Positions 63,300 to 64,000 of a stretch of 64,000 nt of DNA are shown one piece after another. Location: positions 96,001-160,000 of the forward strand of contig CAWJBB010000061.1 of assembly GCA_963840855.1 (NCBI GenBank), written 5' to 3'. A program made the position numbers and the translations under genes. The DNA comes from an uncultured delta proteobacterium (GTDB lineage: Bacteria; Desulfobacterota; Binatia; UBA9968). A model generated the notes under the pieces. That model made no database searches and was not told the DNA's origin. It saw nothing but the letters and a program-made list of their open reading frames with translations. Within the stretch, counting starts at the first letter, position 1; each line of letters opens with the position of its first letter.

Positions 63300-64000
63300 C
63301 TAAACAGGCCATTCCGGTGTGCGCCCAGCATAAGTGATCGAGAACAAGATGTCCTCGATCTCCGCGTTCCTGAAAAGGTTCTTGGTCGTGTCATCGGTCG
63401 GCAGCGCCAATTCCCACTCGCCGATAGGAGCTTTGTTGTCGGTAATCGGCAGCCACTTGCTGCCATTCGCTCTGCGCGTGCTGATGACGCCATCGATCGA
63501 ATCAGCGGAACCGCCGACTGGAGTCTCGTCGTTCTGCCTTTTGAACAAGAGCCGAACGCCCTGTATTTCGATAGGTTGTCCATTTGCTGGGGCAAGGTAG
63601 AACACCAAATGCTCCGTCTTCAGATCGTCAAGGTTGGGAAGGAAGTCCGCGCGCCCGGTCTTGAAGCGCACCGTCATCGGCGTCGCCGCTTGGTCGGGGT
63701 TGTGGAGTTCGTACCACTGATCCGGGAACTGCAGGCGGAAACTCAACGGCTGATCGACGCTGGGATCCGGATCGAGTGTCTGGATCACCTGCTGCCGGTA
63801 GTCGAAACTGTTCAGAGCCGTGTATTCGAGGGTCAGGAGAACGTCGGCGATGCTGGAGTAGTCGAAAGGGTTGGCCGCCTTAGGCAGCTCGAGGCGCCAG
63901 ACGGTATCTACGCCAGCTCCCTCGAAAGGCAGCAGCAGCTCAGGCTGGGAATCGGGGACGAGTTCGAACAGGCCGGTCGCGTCCCGGGGCGAGGTGAGGC
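63300..64000 (-). CDS. C-terminus of a Tc toxin subunit A-like protein (5' end outside the window)
   Basis: GLFEL...LLPFEGAGVDTVWRLELPKAANPFDYSSIADVLLTLEYTA, followed by FPDQWYELHN...GEWEL...IEDILFSITY. Confidence 0.75.
   Translation of the reverse strand, partial: LTSPRDATGLFELVPDSQPELLLPFEGAGVDTVWRLELPKAANPFDYSSIADVLLTLEYTALNSFDYRQQVIQTLDPDPSVDQPLSFRLQFPDQWYELHNPDQAATPMTVRFKTGRADFLPNLDDLKTEHLVFYLAPANGQPIEIQGVRLLFKRQNDETPVGGSADSIDGVISTRRANGSKWLPITDNKAPIGEWELALPTDDTTKNLFRNAEIEDILFSITYAGRTPEWPV

Overview
Window from a bacterial chromosome. The gene style (many orphan NMT1/THI5-type and PF04392-type substrate-binding proteins, REP/MITE-like palindromes) suggests a Candidatus Binatia/Deltaproteobacteria-like lineage; this is inference. 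Many otherwise intact genes carry single-base indels, consistent with a noisy long-read assembly. Left half (1-33 kb) is core-like: sulfite/nitrite reductase with an Rrf2 regulator, tandem hydrolase pairs, peptidases, argJ, a HerA-like ATPase and YgfZ. It also holds a co-oriented selenium-linked cluster (25.1-29.9 kb). Two Bcp peroxiredoxins, each with an in-frame TGA at the peroxidatic position and a SECIS-like hairpin, bracket a LysR regulator, a stand-alone Egt1-type sulfoxide synthase preceded by two ATAG-N7-CTAT boxes, a DUF427 protein and a signal-less PhnD-like protein. Right half (33.2-64 kb) is an accessory region built on a co-oriented array of ABC_sub_bind genes and gene tails. These are joined by a conserved ~200-bp spacer containing a GATTGAACTGA...TCAGTTCAATC hairpin. 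Unrelated cargo sits between split halves of that spacer: duplicated small ORFs with sigma54-type promoters, SpoVG, a sulfotransferase, a chromate-resistance cluster, a Tc-toxin-like gene and two IS elements with clear target duplications.
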